A DNA stretch of 64,000 nt from Hormiphora californensis (GCA_020137815.1 CM035354.1:4526001-4590000), one strand, 5' to 3'; counted from the first letter of the stretch, positions 11,501 through 40,743 are shown. Notes: generated from the letters alone by a model not told the origin. Translations and numbers: made by a program.

Positions 11501-12920
11501 CCGGCTGTATGTTAGCAGGAAACTGGGAGGAAGGGGTCTCCAACGGATTGAAGATGTCATTGTGAAGGAAGAGACAGGACTCGTGACATTCTTCACCAAT
11601 TCCACAGACCCCAAGATCCGTGCCCTCCACACGGCGATGCAGTCTGAAGATATGCTAACTGGACCCCCAGAAGACGCAGAAGCCCTGAAGGAAAGACTAC
11701 AGACGGAACTTATAGAGAAATGGAAACACAAAGTCTTACATGGAAGATTCCTGAAGCAACTTGAAGAAGGGGGATGCGACCCTGACGCGACCTGGGCCTG
11801 GCTCAACAAAGAGAGCCTCAGCAGATACACCGAAGCCGATGTCTTTGCTGCCCAGGATCAAGCCATTCGCACGAACTGGTTGAGAGCTGCCATACAGAAA
11901 GAGAATGAAGTGACTGAGAAGTGCCGGATCTGTAACCAACACAACGAGTCGGTGGAACACATCCTAAACGGATGCACGAAACTTGCCAACGGAGACTATA
12001 AACTCCGACACGATCGAGTAGCTGCTGCCCTGCACTGGGGAATATGCAAGGACCACGGATTTCCTACCGAATCAAAGTGGTGGAGCCACTATGCAGAGAA
12101 AGTGCTCGAGAATGAGAACTGCAAGATCCTCTGGGATTTCCACATTCAGACGGATAACCCCATCGAGGCATGTAAACCTGACTTGGTCCTTCTAGACAAA
12201 CTAAAGAAGGAAGCGCTTCTGATCGATGTCGCTGTACCAAAGGACAGGTCAGTGTCGGACAGGGAGATGGAGAAGATCGAGAAGTACCAAGAACTACGGA
12301 GGGAGCTCACACGAATTTGGGATCTTAAAAAGGCCACGGTCATCCCTATCGTGATCGGAGCTCTTGGCGGAGTCAGCCCCCGACTGGAGAAGTACCTGAC
12401 TGCTATAACCCGCCAAGTTTACCCCTCACAGCTCCAAAAGTCGGTACTCTTCAACTCGATGAACACGCTCCGGAAAGTTCTCGACATGTAATCAGCCTCC
12501 TGTAACCCCACTAGATGTATTATATTTGTATTTGTATTCTACCATTTCACCCGTTCCTGCTTGCTATTAGACTGCCTTAGATTCCGTTCCAGACGTTTTG
12601 TTCCCGATAAGTTGTCTCTTCCTAGGCTCCGATCCAGATGGTTGGGCTTCTTTCCAGATAGTTTAGGAGGTCTTATGCTCCGTCTCCATGAGCTTTAATT
12701 CCCCTTTAAATATTTCCCCCTTACTTTAACCCATATGTACATTGTTCAACTTACCCCTATGTACATTGTTCTACCTACCTTTACTCCGCAGGCCCTCCGG
12801 GCCCTCAGATCCAACAGGATCCGGGCTCGGGGGATTTAACCCTGTTCCCACATGGGACCTTACGGCCCCATGTGGGAGTGGTGCGTGTAGTGGACCGAGA
12901 GAGAGATAGAGAGAGAGAAT
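8530..12920 (+). mobile_element. Non-LTR retrotransposon with restriction-like endonuclease (R4/Dong-like clade), apparently full length
   Basis: Single long ORF plus ~290-nt 5' region and ~400-nt 3' UTR with hairpins, ending in (GA)n at ~12897-12918. The 5' boundary is uncertain and may include the 78-bp array. Confidence 0.85.
8820..12491 (+). CDS. Retrotransposon ORF: two Myb-like repeats, reverse transcriptase, CCHC zinc knuckle, RLE nuclease (1223 aa)
   Basis: PRKVWSKQEN and PRTKWTTEMN Myb-like starts; RT motifs FRPITCL, EEQKGC, FIDYQKAYDS, RGLFQGDSVSP, LYMDDLKL, YKYLG; CRICNQHNESVEHILNGC; RHD; KPDLVLLDK...LIDVAVP...KIEKY. No frameshift or stop. Confidence 0.95.
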   Translation: MSTNTRKPRKVWSKQENLDLVYCYYSSNPGTSGSWKRLERLWEDKGHDPLTGAKLSSQFRSIEKSGHMVTPQEMADQRMLAGLAASGLNILPEVDLTVNDNTAGPSTSANGDTTDPPPPPPTRAPRTKWTTEMNITLVFIHSYSQPEKRGVWTRVEERWSKTTYPSKTDDQLRSQLRSITQSGLLSPQKLMEIRTAAVADREATESARQAVVEDNPPPETIEPPTNPVEEEEEEEEEGPSPNPEIVEQFKKLLEEPSSIKVTDLRHVPWGKLRVAIDRLSPVIKSFETPDLTTLNTLLMAVAHVVREQMGVKAPSEPNNITPRRNKQPMWLRRLEESVAKLRSDLSRLTEMSRGATHKFQTIDIIYRRYPLLPKKGYKQVIEEVKQRLLAKAGKIKRYKKKQQTFVDNNLFQNNQRNFYRKLEKRGSDPTPLDCTPEDQNRTLNFWKNIWENEAGHNTEAEWLDGVQENFETVSQQEEFQITTERVAARVKGMTNWSTPGIDGLHAFWIKHTTCLHGRIAELLNDSLITSQVPAWMTEGRTFLLIKDPKKGMSNPGNFRPITCLPNLWKLYTGILSEDIYQHLDVNGLFPEEQKGCRKKSRGCKEQLAIDKLILRHCKRSKSSLYMAFIDYQKAYDSIPHSWILKSMEMCGINPQIIRLFESSFQQCVVNIVQSGSDLGKIHIKRGLFQGDSVSPIHFIIGLIPLSMLLAAQGRGYTISNPVAPDPDISINHRLYMDDLKLYASSKEDLQQLLAVTEKFSTDINMSFGLSKCGALDIVDGVRSRMQGISLPSGDRIPEVEDGGYKYLGILEVDRILHQEMKAKVKAEYTRRVKKLLSSSLQGKNLITAINTWAIPVIRYGAGILDWSTSEASGLDMMTRKILRRGVIKSNSDIDRLYVSRKLGGRGLQRIEDVIVKEETGLVTFFTNSTDPKIRALHTAMQSEDMLTGPPEDAEALKERLQTELIEKWKHKVLHGRFLKQLEEGGCDPDATWAWLNKESLSRYTEADVFAAQDQAIRTNWLRAAIQKENEVTEKCRICNQHNESVEHILNGCTKLANGDYKLRHDRVAAALHWGICKDHGFPTESKWWSHYAEKVLENENCKILWDFHIQTDNPIEACKPDLVLLDKLKKEALLIDVAVPKDRSVSDREMEKIEKYQELRRELTRIWDLKKATVIPIVIGALGGVSPRLEKYLTAITRQVYPSQLQKSVLFNSMNTLRKVLDM

Positions 12921-13973
12921 AAATTTTCTCCCTTTGAGCAACTGTGGCTAATGAATAGTCCCTAAAGCTATTGGTAATGAAATTACCCCTCTGTTATTAT
13001 TGCTCACGGAGGTGTATGCAATAAAAGGGGTGACTTCGTAGTTCGTAACCAACTACAGCTGTCATACCTATCCGCCTGGAATCTTCCATTGAGATATCCC
13101 AAAAGACTGCCCTCTCCGAACCGGGCCGAAGGTTTGCCAGGAGAAACTCTGGTTCTAAAAACTGAAAACGTTTCACTTTCAAATTTTGTCCCAATTTTGT
13201 TGCTGTTTCTAACTGTATAGCATGTGGCCAAACATAGCCTACTGGATATTATAAGTGTCCTAAGTGATTTACACATAACAGCTCACAGATATATGTCTAC
13301 ATTCAATAATTACACTAGGCGAAGGACGTTGTTATGGGACAATTTATATAATAGACAGTATGAACAATATACTGGGATCAAATCCTGTGTACACAAACTA
13401 CAACTTCTGTATCTGCTGCAACAGCAAATCATCATATTCATGGAATCCCTTGTATTACCGGCCATTAAGTCTACCCTAAACTGCACTGACTAGTTCATAT
13501 TGCCATGTCATTTGTCTCGTGGGAGGTCTCAATACAAACTAACCAATATATCTTCTACAGGCTGTCAGTGCCTTTTTGAACAAGATGATGCAATGACATA
13601 TCAATATCAAGAATGGAGAAGTTGTTGAGTAAGGGGTAAACGGAGAGGATGGTCTCATCAGGATAGGGCTGCTGATTAGCTGCCGCGGAGAGTCGAGAGG
13701 ATTAAGGAACTACTATGTTATGGTGAGCCGAATTCCTTCCTACTTCTCACATGGTCTTGACTCTTGAGTCTTCCTCACGAATCTATGTTTATGATTTTGG
13801 AGTGAGGCCCCTTTTTCTTATCTGTGTTTTAAACAGTAAACACTGTTCGGGCCTCGGGATTAGGTTACAAAATCTCATCTCGTAGATTGTTATGTCTACA
13901 TTGTTCTGAGATGAATCCTTATAGCACTGTGTCTTATTATTATCCCTCCTTGGATGATCATATCATGCATGTA

Positions 13974-14660
13974 GGGGAGGTTTTGAAGTTGTGGGGGCCA
14001 TTTTTTGGCCAAAATTTTTTAGTCACGTGACCACTGACCAGTCACGTGATATGACATACCCCGAGTTTTTTATTGGAAACTCTTATAGATTGGGCGAAGC
14101 GACAGCTGAGCCCGGAAAAAAATTTTGATTTTGATACCAAAAAGTCGCCATTTTCGTCAAGAACGAGTCGTTATTGACGAAAGTCGAAGACGGAAACTTT
14201 TTGGTTTACTTACTAACGGTCCACAGACCCAATCATCCAGTAAGGCCTGTCAGAGCATTGGCCTGACCCTACTCTCATTTCTTCAAGAGCGTGCGAGAAC
14301 TGTGGTCAGAGCATTGGCCTGACAGAGTAAGGCCGGAGTGGGAGAAAAGGGTGGGAGAGAGACATTTATCGGTGAGATAAGAGGGTCATCAGTGAGACGA
14401 GAGTGGTAGAAATCAAGAATAGTTTGGGTGTTAGCAAAGATTGCCAGGAAGAGAGAGAGCAAGATATACGATATTAGGGAGGATAGAAAAGGTCTACCCC
14501 GATAACCGAAGCCGTTCCCATGCTCGCAAGATAGGCGAGAAGCCTAGCGAAAACCAGTGTAAGGTAGTGAAATTCAATGATTGGGGATCCAAACATCCAA
14601 TTTTGTATGGGCAACCGAAAAAGTTGCGGGGGCCATAGCCTACGTGGCCCCCGCGTCCCC
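13974..14660. mobile_element. Non-autonomous DNA transposon candidate (TA-flanked, GGGGA termini)
   Basis: Left ta|ggggag...gtgggggcca and right tggcccccgcgtcccc|ta form imperfect TIRs. Contains the dispersed gtcagagcattggcctga motif also seen at ~17425, 23990-24080 and 27100. Confidence 0.5.
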
Positions 14661-14984
14661 TACATGCGTGGATCATATAACCTGCCGTATTCTTTACATA
14701 ATTCTGCGACTTTATTGCGAAACTCAGTCTCCAGTTTTCTTCCAGGAGAATAAAAAAAACCTTATATCTGGTTTATTTTGTACAACTTAACCGGGGGGGG
14801 GGGGGGGGTATTGGCCTTAGATTCAAATTATAGTAGATACAACTACAATAATTGTCGACCGAGACTGACGGCTTATGTCTATAGAAAAATTGACGCCTGA
14901 CGTTTGTCTTGGTGTTTTCCAAAATAGACGGGAGGAAGGAAATTGCTGACACGGTCAATCACTGTTATCTTGATAAACTTTCTG

Positions 14985-14987
<3 letters not shown>

Positions 14988-15053
<66 letters not shown>

Positions 15054-15066
15054 CCTCTCCATCTCC

Positions 15067-15160
<94 letters not shown>

Positions 15161-15172
15161 TCCATCTCCCTC

Positions 15173-15229
<57 letters not shown>

Positions 15230-15260
15230 GTCTCTCCCCTCTCTCTCTCTCTCTCTCTCT
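14988..15260. repeat. (CT)n microsatellite
   Basis: Direct reading. Confidence 0.95.
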
Positions 15261-15521
15261 TCATTCCAAGTTTCTATTTTTGTCCCTGAGTACTATATTC
15301 AGGTACACGTGTAACTTTTTACAGGGAACCCATGAATCATGACCATCATGAGAAGTATATATCATCACAAGTAATCATGACCTCTCTCTATCTCGAAATT
15401 TAGCCACTCAATTTAATGTTCCCCGAATTAAGCGATAATTTAACCCACTAATCCTTCCTAAAAACTCTCGCCACAGAGTATTGGTGGATGGGCGTATCAC
15501 GTGATGATGCCCTCACTATCT

Positions 15522-15692
<171 letters not shown>

Positions 15693-15880
15693 GTTTTCGT
15701 ATCGTACCTGCTGATTGATGTGTTGTAAGCGGAAATCCCAATTCTGCGTATGACTCACACTCACACACATACGTCTGCTTTACGACAAGATTCTTGATTC
15801 TCTCGCTTCTTATTTTGCCTCGAAATTTGAGTTTACCTATTATAACTACCCAGTTCTAAATTATCTTCTCCCTCCTAAGT

Positions 15881-18800
15881 ATGCCCCGTGTGTCCCTCCT
15901 CCTACTTGGATTATGTCTGGTGGGTCTATGCTATGGATCCCAGCGGCGGGTAAAGCGGAGCGGGGACGATGAAGAGGGGCCTCTGGACCAATGGAAGGAT
16001 CTCATCAAGGACAACTGCCCTCAACTAATGCCTGGAGCCGAGGAGGTAGAAGAGGAGGGAGAGGAGGTAGAGGATAGAGTGCAGAAGAACCGGACAAGGA
16101 GACGAAAGAGAAGTGGAGATGATGATGATGATGATGAAGAGGATTCCGCGAGTTCTAAGATAACTTCTCATTTGGTGCGGACTGTTACCATTATAGCTGT
16201 TTTTATCGTCTCCATGCTCTTTGGTCTCCTCCCCCTCAAGACCCTCAGCCTGAAATACCGGAGCAGGATTGCCAGTATAGCCAACTGCTTTGGAGGCGGG
16301 GTGTTCTTTGGGACCTGTTTCATGCACCTCATTCCCGAGGTTAAAATGCAGATCACAGAATACTTTGAAGTGATAGAGTTCAAAGAGATTGCAGCGGCTA
16401 TCAGTGCCACAATGGATGACACGGAGGGATATAACTGCACCCTAGCTGCTGATAACATTCCCACCTGGATCACCCCCCTCAAGAAGATTCCCATTCCCGA
16501 GATGCTGGAGTGCTCCGGGTTCCTGCTAATTTTGTCCGTGGAGAAGATAGCGGAGAGTGCTAAGAAGATCCGACCTCTCACGCAGCGGTTCTCTGTGTTT
16601 ATTTCTAGTTCAAAGTTGAAAACGGCTCAAAAACTCGTCAAAAAGCAGCAGGATCTGGAGGTTAGTAATGAACTACAAGTTATGCGACCCTTTCGCCTGT
16701 CATATAACAGGCAGATAATACTCCTTCACAACTCAACAAATACAGTTGGTGACGCAGTCACCCCTACACTAGCCGTGCGAAGCGCGGCTAAACGAAGCCT
16801 GCAAAGCAGGCTGAGTGTTATAACATAATAGGGGATTTCATCACCAACAAATACAGGTGCTTTCTCTAAAAAAGTAACACAAAAAGATTGACCACTGATA
16901 GAAAATACAAATTCTCATCAATACTATAAGTACTCAACAAAAGGATTAATCAGGGCAAGGCCGATATTGTTCATCCTATAACCCTTCTCTAAAAAAGAAA
17001 GAAACACAAAAAGATAGATCTCAGATAGAAAGTACAACTTGCCAGATCAGTATTAGTACTCAACAAAAGGATTAAGCAGGCCGATATTGTTCTTATATTA
17101 TTCTTCCCTTCTCTAAAATACTAATGGTATCATTCTTCTAAATAACTGTGGTTATGAGATGAAATGGTATCATTATGAGATGAAATTATACTACCCGCTT
17201 TTCAGGCTATATCGGATAACGGATGTGAAGATCACGGAGAGATAGAGGATTGTCCTGAGGAATGTGAGACACGGAAAAGCTATGTTGACGGTAAGGATTA
17301 ATATGTGATCAACAAGGATTGTTATGCATACATAGGATATAGGAGAGCCTAATGACTATATTTAGGCTGCTGACTGAGCCATTACATATGCTGCATATTT
17401 TTATCCATCAATAAAACCTGTGCTCAGGCCAATGCTCTGACTGCTCCTTTGTATAATATCACGAATATCATCATGTCAGTACCCAGCGTGAGTACAATCC
17501 CCCCTCAGGTCGGAGGGCATCTGAGATGAGCACGACATCTAGTACGGGGTCTAAACCCTCCAGGATCCCCCAACAGTTTATACAGGCCATGGGAGGGTAC
17601 AATAAACTAGCCAAGAAAACAGAGGATGAACCATCCGTACCAGGGGTAAGAACCTGTGTATTTTATTAGGTGGTACATCTAACTATATCTAATGCAAATT
17701 TGCACGGAAATGTGACACCATATCGTCAATGTGACGACGTGATCCGTCAGTGTGACAACGTGATCCGTCAGTATGACGACGTGATCCGTCAGTGTGACGA
17801 CGTGATTCGTAGTTATCACATATCACACGTGTTGAGAACTGCTTGCGACTTAAGGGGTCACATCACATGTATAAAAGGGAGAGAAAAAGAGAAAAAGAGA
17901 GGGATCACATCACATAGCATATAGCAGACAGGCAGAGAGAAAAACAGAAACAGACCCCTCGATTTGCGATCGGTACGATCGCCCCAGTTTTGCTAGTATA
18001 CCTAAACTGTAACCTCATTTCCAAATGCTAACCCCCTCTCTCCTCTAGAATCAACACAATAAGAGTGCCGCAATGCTGATTCTGGCCCTCTCCATCCACT
18101 CTTTCTTCGAGGGTCTGGCTATTGGTGTTGAATCCACCCAAAATGTATTTATACAGCTGGCAGCCGCTATTACAGTACACAAGTGTGTCATTGCGTTTGC
18201 TGTTGGATCCCGTCTTATTCACTGCGGCAAAAAGAAACTGTGAGTTGATATTAGTACCCAGCAAACACAGTTGGCGTGAGTTGCTTGTCAGCGCCAAATT
18301 TCAGACGGCCATAGACCCACCCCCTGATAAGATAGAGACTCGATTTTTTTTTGTAAGGAGATCATGTCGAGTTCTTCTTACACAACAAATTTCAAGTCTA
18401 TCTCACCAGGGAGTGGAGCTATGACCGTCTGAAACTTGGCGCTGGCAAGCAATTCACGCCAACTGTGTTTGCTGGGTACTTTAGTCCTATCCTCTCCCAC
18501 CCTTTTCGTGTGCAAGATGTGGTACACCATACTCTGATTTGATGGGTGTCATTCTTTCCAAACATTGTGGATATATTTTGTGTGGCCACTACTGTGCTCA
18601 TTTACCATGCTTTGCATAATTTCTATGAGACATGATTCTGTCTTTTGTCCCCTCAAGTCTCAACACAAAAAGTTATATGTTTTACCCCTCAGAGAGATGG
18701 TATTTTGTCTGGGTTGTGTGTTTACCCCCCCCCCCCCCTTCCCACAGAGAGATGGTCTTGTGCCTGGGTTGTATGTGTATCATGACGCCCATCGGAGTTA

Positions 18801-19497
18801 TCCTAGCAATTGGAATACTGGAGCTACTTGATGAATACACCCTTCTCATCGTGTCAGGTATAATATAGGGAACAGAATCAGTAGACCCGGGTTGTGGAGG
18901 ATAGATCAACAGTCCCTTCCAGCCCCAACCCCCCCCCCCCCCCGTCTGTAACCCCTCCCCCTTGCCTGTCTGTCACGTTAAACCCCGTCTCACCTTTGTC
19001 ATGTTGCTCACGGTTGCAGCTCGTATAATTTAGATCAAATGATGCTATTCCGAGATGCGTGGGTGTGTTTTGAATTCACAGATAACAGCTATGAGAGAGA
19101 GGTGTTTCAAAATCCTTTCTCAATCTCATTTTCTAATCTAATTTTGATATTTCTGTTTCCAGGCAGTATTCAAGGTGTGAGCACCGGGTTTTTCCTTTAC
19201 ATCACCTTCGCAGAAATGCTCTTCCAAGAGATGAAGAGTAAACATGATTCCGCTTTAAAGGTGAGGGAGACCGAGAGGGAGATTGAGAGAGAGACTGAGA
19301 GGAGGATTGAGAGGGATACTGAGAGGGACAAAATATTGAGACCGAGAGGGAAGATACCGAGAAGGAAAGAGGGAAAAAGACCGAATTCACTATTACCATT
19401 TCTCTCTCTCCTACAGGTATCATTCATGACATTTGGAGTTCTACTGGTAACCATCTCCACCATCTGGCATAACTGGAACGGGGACCATGCCCATTAG
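15881..19497 (+). CDS. ZIP (SLC39) zinc transporter, ZIP1/2/3-like core, 7 exons
   Basis: Exons ~15881-16660, 17206-17290, 17509-17645, 18049-18239, 18748-18857, 19163-19260, 19417-19497 with consistent phases. Motifs ANCFGGGVFFGTCFMHLIPE, ILALSIHSFFEGLAIG (ZIP TM4 signature), AITVHK, MTPIG, QGVSTGFFLYITFAEML. Confidence 0.92.
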
Positions 19498-20989
19498 CTG
19501 GACAAATTAGCGGTCAGGGGTGCCCTTTAAATACTGGCGTTTTGAAGCTGTTTTAGATGTGAGAGAGAGAGAGTTTTAAAAGTGACAGAGAGAGAGTTTT
19601 AAAAGTGACAGAGAGAGCGTTTTAAAAGTGAGTAGTGACAGAGAGAGAGAGTTTTAAAAGTGGGAGAGAAAGATCAGAGGCTTTTTCTGTGTGAGTGAGA
19701 GACAGATGTATCTTTGATGGACAAGGGTCCCAATGGATCCCCTACTCTTGTCAGTCTAAAGTAAACCTTGAATGGTTCCAAAATGGAAGCTAAAAACTGA
19801 AACAAAAGTTTTAGAAAAGTTTTAGAGAAACTAGGATCTAATTTTTTATACTTTTTGTAATTGTCTCAAAATCAACACTTTAGATAGGTAAAAAGATTTA
19901 AATAATATTTTTAGTTTAGATAGTATCGGTGAGGAGTCCTCACTATCTGAGGACGGTCTGAGTTTACCTGGTCCACAACAATACAGTGACATAATGATGC
20001 GTTACAAAGTGTGCAACACAGTACGGGATTTTTATAAAATTTAGTACAACTATTATAAAAACACTGATTGATTTGCAGTACTGCACATTGGCATATGAGA
20101 GCATAAATTTATGCGGATTTATATTGATTATATTATTTTTAAATATACAAATATAATTAGATAATTGTAGATGGAACTATAAGTAAATATTGATAACGTT
20201 TCAAGTTTTAAAAAACGGAATTGCGTTTATTATATTCATATATCATTATCAATGAAATTGAGTTTGACAACAAAGGACTGTCAAAGTGTAACTGTGTGAG
20301 ATTTTGCATTTGTATTTGTATATAATTATGTTATAAATTCGGTACGAGCGAGAAGAAGTGTTTTGATTTGATTACCTCAATTTCATATCGGTCGATCGAT
20401 TCCTCTGGTAATTGCACTGCTCGGGTCAGAATGTCGATTGTCGGACGATGCTCAACATTATGCAATTTGGGTATGCTTATAGCAGCCATCCTCAGTGCAG
20501 CTGTACCTGATCCGTCCCGGGTCCTAGAATTAAACTTGGATAAATTCTATGCGCGCGCGAAAAATTTCAATTCGCGATGCTTAATGAATATGCGCGCGCG
20601 CGTGAGGTCTCAATTTTTCAGATCTCGGTTTTGAGATTTTCACTGCACAGAAAGCTTTTAAAAGAGTTTCCACCACGATTTGAAAATCGATGCCTTCAGC
20701 CTTATGACTTATCCCGCACTACTATTTCCTATAGGGTCGGTAGCATTTGCCAACACGATAGCTCATACGCTCGTTTGAGGGGCCTGCAGCGTATGTGTGA
20801 CTGTGTTTCTCAAGTTTAGGAAACTGAAGCGGTTACTTTAGATTGCTTATAATATTCGTACGGCATTCGAAGTTCAAATTGGAATCCATTGTCCAAGGTA
20901 CCATATTACCGAAATATAACGGGTAGGTCATCCTCTAAAGTCTAAAGTTCTAAACACAGAACTTACAAACCAACAAACAAACAAGTAAC

Positions 20990-21512
20990 CCGGTCGCTTG
21001 TAGTGGGAAAACGGTAATGGAAAACGGAGATACAGTAAGACGACGCGCAACCGTGGCCAATCAGGACGCTAGTACGTGCTGAACACATGCACTTTTTGCT
21101 GTGCACGTTATGCAAAGTGTGCGTCTCATTACTGTATTTCCATTACGGTAATACGACTACAAGCGGCACTGTTACAGTGCTGCTTGTAGTCGTATTACCG
21201 TAATGGAAATAAAGTCGGAATTTTTGAAGTTGTCACCCCCCCTCTTCGTGCGCGGAATGTTTTTGCGTGTCACATCACATGTTAACGTGTGGTGTGCGCT
21301 GTCAAAATAGATAAATTTCACATGCGCGGTCATTTTGGGGTGACAACTTCAAAAAATCCGACTTTACAGTAATGAGACGCACACGTTGCATAACGCTGCA
21401 GGCAAAAAGTGCATGTGTTCAGCACGTACTAGTGCCCTGATTGGCCACGGTTGTGCGTCGTCTTACTGTATCTCCGTTTTCCATTACCGTTTTCCCACTA
21501 CAAGCGACCGTG
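20990..21512. mobile_element. Two inverted copies of a ~180-bp TA-flanked MITE (family A), the second interrupted by a nested MITE
   Basis: cggtcgcttgtagtggg...ctacaagcggcactg|tta|cagtgctgcttgtagtc...ctacaagcgaccgtg; further copies at ~21989-22169, 40563-40743 and 50708-50908. Confidence 0.85.
21212..21364. mobile_element. Nested MITE (family B) inserted at TA
   Basis: TIRs aagtcggaatttttgaagttgtcacccc / ggggtgacaacttcaaaaaatccgactt; a related copy lies at ~59180-59331. Confidence 0.8.
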
Positions 21513-21596
21513 TAAAGCTCGATAAAGTGCCAAAATTTAAAAAAATTGTTTCTACTCAGCTACTTGAGGGAAAAGAATAAGCATCCTTTCAATTTA

Positions 21597-21932
21597 CAGT
21601 CCTGTCGACATCTACACTTCAAATCTCCGAATTTCAAATTTTCGGTTCAAATGTGTAGACTAGGTAATTCAAACCAATGCGGAGAAATGAGCGACAAAAT
21701 TGGTGAGCTACAACCCAGCCAGGAGCCTTAGAATTTGACGAGGAATCTCGTGGTGCCGGTCGTTTTCCTCAAATCGAAAATTGATTTTTTGACCTTTCTG
21801 GGCCTCTACTGGCTGCCCAAGTGGGCTATGAGAAGTGCCAACCCTCCCCAGCAGTTTCAATTTACCTAGTCTACACATTTGAACCGAAAATTTGAAATTC
21901 GGAGATTTGAAGTGTAGATGTCGACAGGACTG
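21597..21932. mobile_element. MITE with ~70-bp perfect TIRs
   Basis: cagtcctgtcgacatctacacttcaaatctccg...gactaggtaa and its exact reverse complement ending ...gtcgacaggactg. Confidence 0.85.
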
Positions 21933-21988
21933 GTATCATAGAGTAACGCCGTATTTAACCTATCACTGATAGTTCATAGTATCAGTTA

Positions 21989-22169
21989 CACGGTCGCTTG
22001 TAGTGGGAAAACGGTAATGGAAAACGAAGATACAGTAAGACGACGCGCAACCGTGACCAATCAGGGCGCTAGTACGTGCTGACACATGAACTTTTTGCTG
22101 CGTGTTATGCACCGTGCGCGTCTCCTTACTGTATTTTGCGTTACCGTATTTTGACTGCAAGCAGCACTG
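21989..22169. mobile_element. MITE family A copy
   Basis: cacggtcgcttgtagtggg...ctgcaagcagcactg, similar to 20990-21170. Confidence 0.8.
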
Positions 22170-22594
22170 TAACGCCGTATTTAACCTATCACTGATAGTT
22201 CATAGCATCAGTTATATAACAGTTGTATACTATCTAATATCTATTATGGCTTGTGTTTACCTGCGTACGGCATTTGTATGGCACGTCAAGTATGGGGGCT
22301 GTATATTAAGTGCACTGGTACTGGTAGTGCCATGGGTATTATGCCATTACCGCACATTACCAACGCGTCACTGCACCATCTCTCTCTCCACTTTGCCCTC
22401 CATTTCCACATGTCACTGAAGTCCAAACATGGGGGGAGTAGTACACCACAATCACTGAGCTGAGAGATAGGCGATGCTGGATTTCATTATTGACCACGGT
22501 ATTGACACACCACTGTGTAATAGCACTGCTGCGATCAATAGAAGGGGGCCAATAAGGATATTATATAAAAGATCGGGCGGTATATGTACTTTGT

Positions 22595-23539
<945 letters not shown>

Positions 23540-24261
23540 AAAGTAACCGAGTATATAATCACATTGTGTCCTGGACACATAATCATCATTAGCATCTCTC
23601 TCTGTGTGTGATCGGACCAGGGTACCGGGGTACAACCCGAGACACCAGAACTACGTCGCGTTAGATCCCCCCTTCAGTACGCTCTCAATTGATCTGATAT
23701 ATATAGAGAGCTGGTGGTCCCATTGTTTGATCTGTTACCACCACCATCTTGATTGCATCTCCATTCCAATTGATGGCTACCATGCTCATGGTGTATACAT
23801 TGATCTGTGCAGTGCTGTTTATCTTCTCATTTAGTCAGCCCAATTCAGCGGGTAATCACTTCTTCTAAATATAGTGCAAGGGCAGAATATATATTTAATC
23901 TTGATAAATCGTAACTCCAAAATTGTTTTACTATCTGGAACTCTAAGCTAGTAGTCAACATTGGCATAAACATATTACTATTAGAAGCTGTCAGAGCATT
24001 GGCCCTATTCTCATTTCTTTCAAATACTGATAATTATAAGAGTACACGATAATCACGGTCAGAGCATTGGCCTGACAGAGTTGAAACTTGAAGTGCTTTA
24101 CTAAGTAGTTGGTTGTTTTGATATTGTCATTTATCTTAGTCAGTATCTACTGCATCCTGATTCGTTTTCCCTTTCCCATTTCCCCTTCCTACTGTTAGTA
24201 CCTAGGACTAAATGTGTAGTTACATCAGTCATATAGTTTCAATACCCAAACACAGGTCACC

Positions 24262-40037
<15,776 letters not shown>

Positions 40038-40562
40038 AAATCCAATTTTCAGTAAAATGTTGTTCTCAATGTGTCTTTTTAGCAGCCAACAGTGCTGGGC
40101 AATATCAATAATCCTATGCTTAAAGAAACAAGACAGCAGTGACTGTATCGGACCTTGTGGATGATCAAGTCATATCCATTACCCAAGCACATTGCCAATG
40201 CCACTGTGCCAGATCTGCAGCAACTTCGATCATAAACGTAGGGCGCGCTTGTCTTAACATTGAGAGAGTGGCGCAGCACGACGCGCGCACGTGGGAACTG
40301 GTTTGCAGAATACAGAGGACCCTTGCTGCAAAAGTACGAGACATATTCATTATTCGGTCGTCGAGACATGAATAAATGACGTGATTAAGCAATTAATCAA
40401 CGACAAATAGTTATCAGGGCTCTGGTTGTCTGGGGGTGCATAACTATCATGCAATTATCAACCCGTGTCTTTGGTAGAATGGAGTACAAACGGTTAAAAG
40501 TTTTAATAACAAGAATATCAAACGAATAAAACACATATATCACAAAGCCATTTCCAATCTAA

Positions 40563-40743
40563 CAGTGCTGCTTGTAGTCAAATTACCGTAATGAAAATAC
40601 AGTAAGGAGACGCGCACGGTGTATAACTCGCGGCAAAAAGTTCATGTGTCAGCACGTACTAGCGCCCTGATTGGTCACGGTTGCGCGTCGTCTTACTGTA
40701 TCTTTCGTTTTCCATTACCGTTTTCCCACTACAAGCGACCGTG
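40563..40743. mobile_element. MITE family A copy
   Basis: cagtgctgcttgtagtc...ctacaagcgaccgtg|ta. Confidence 0.8.
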
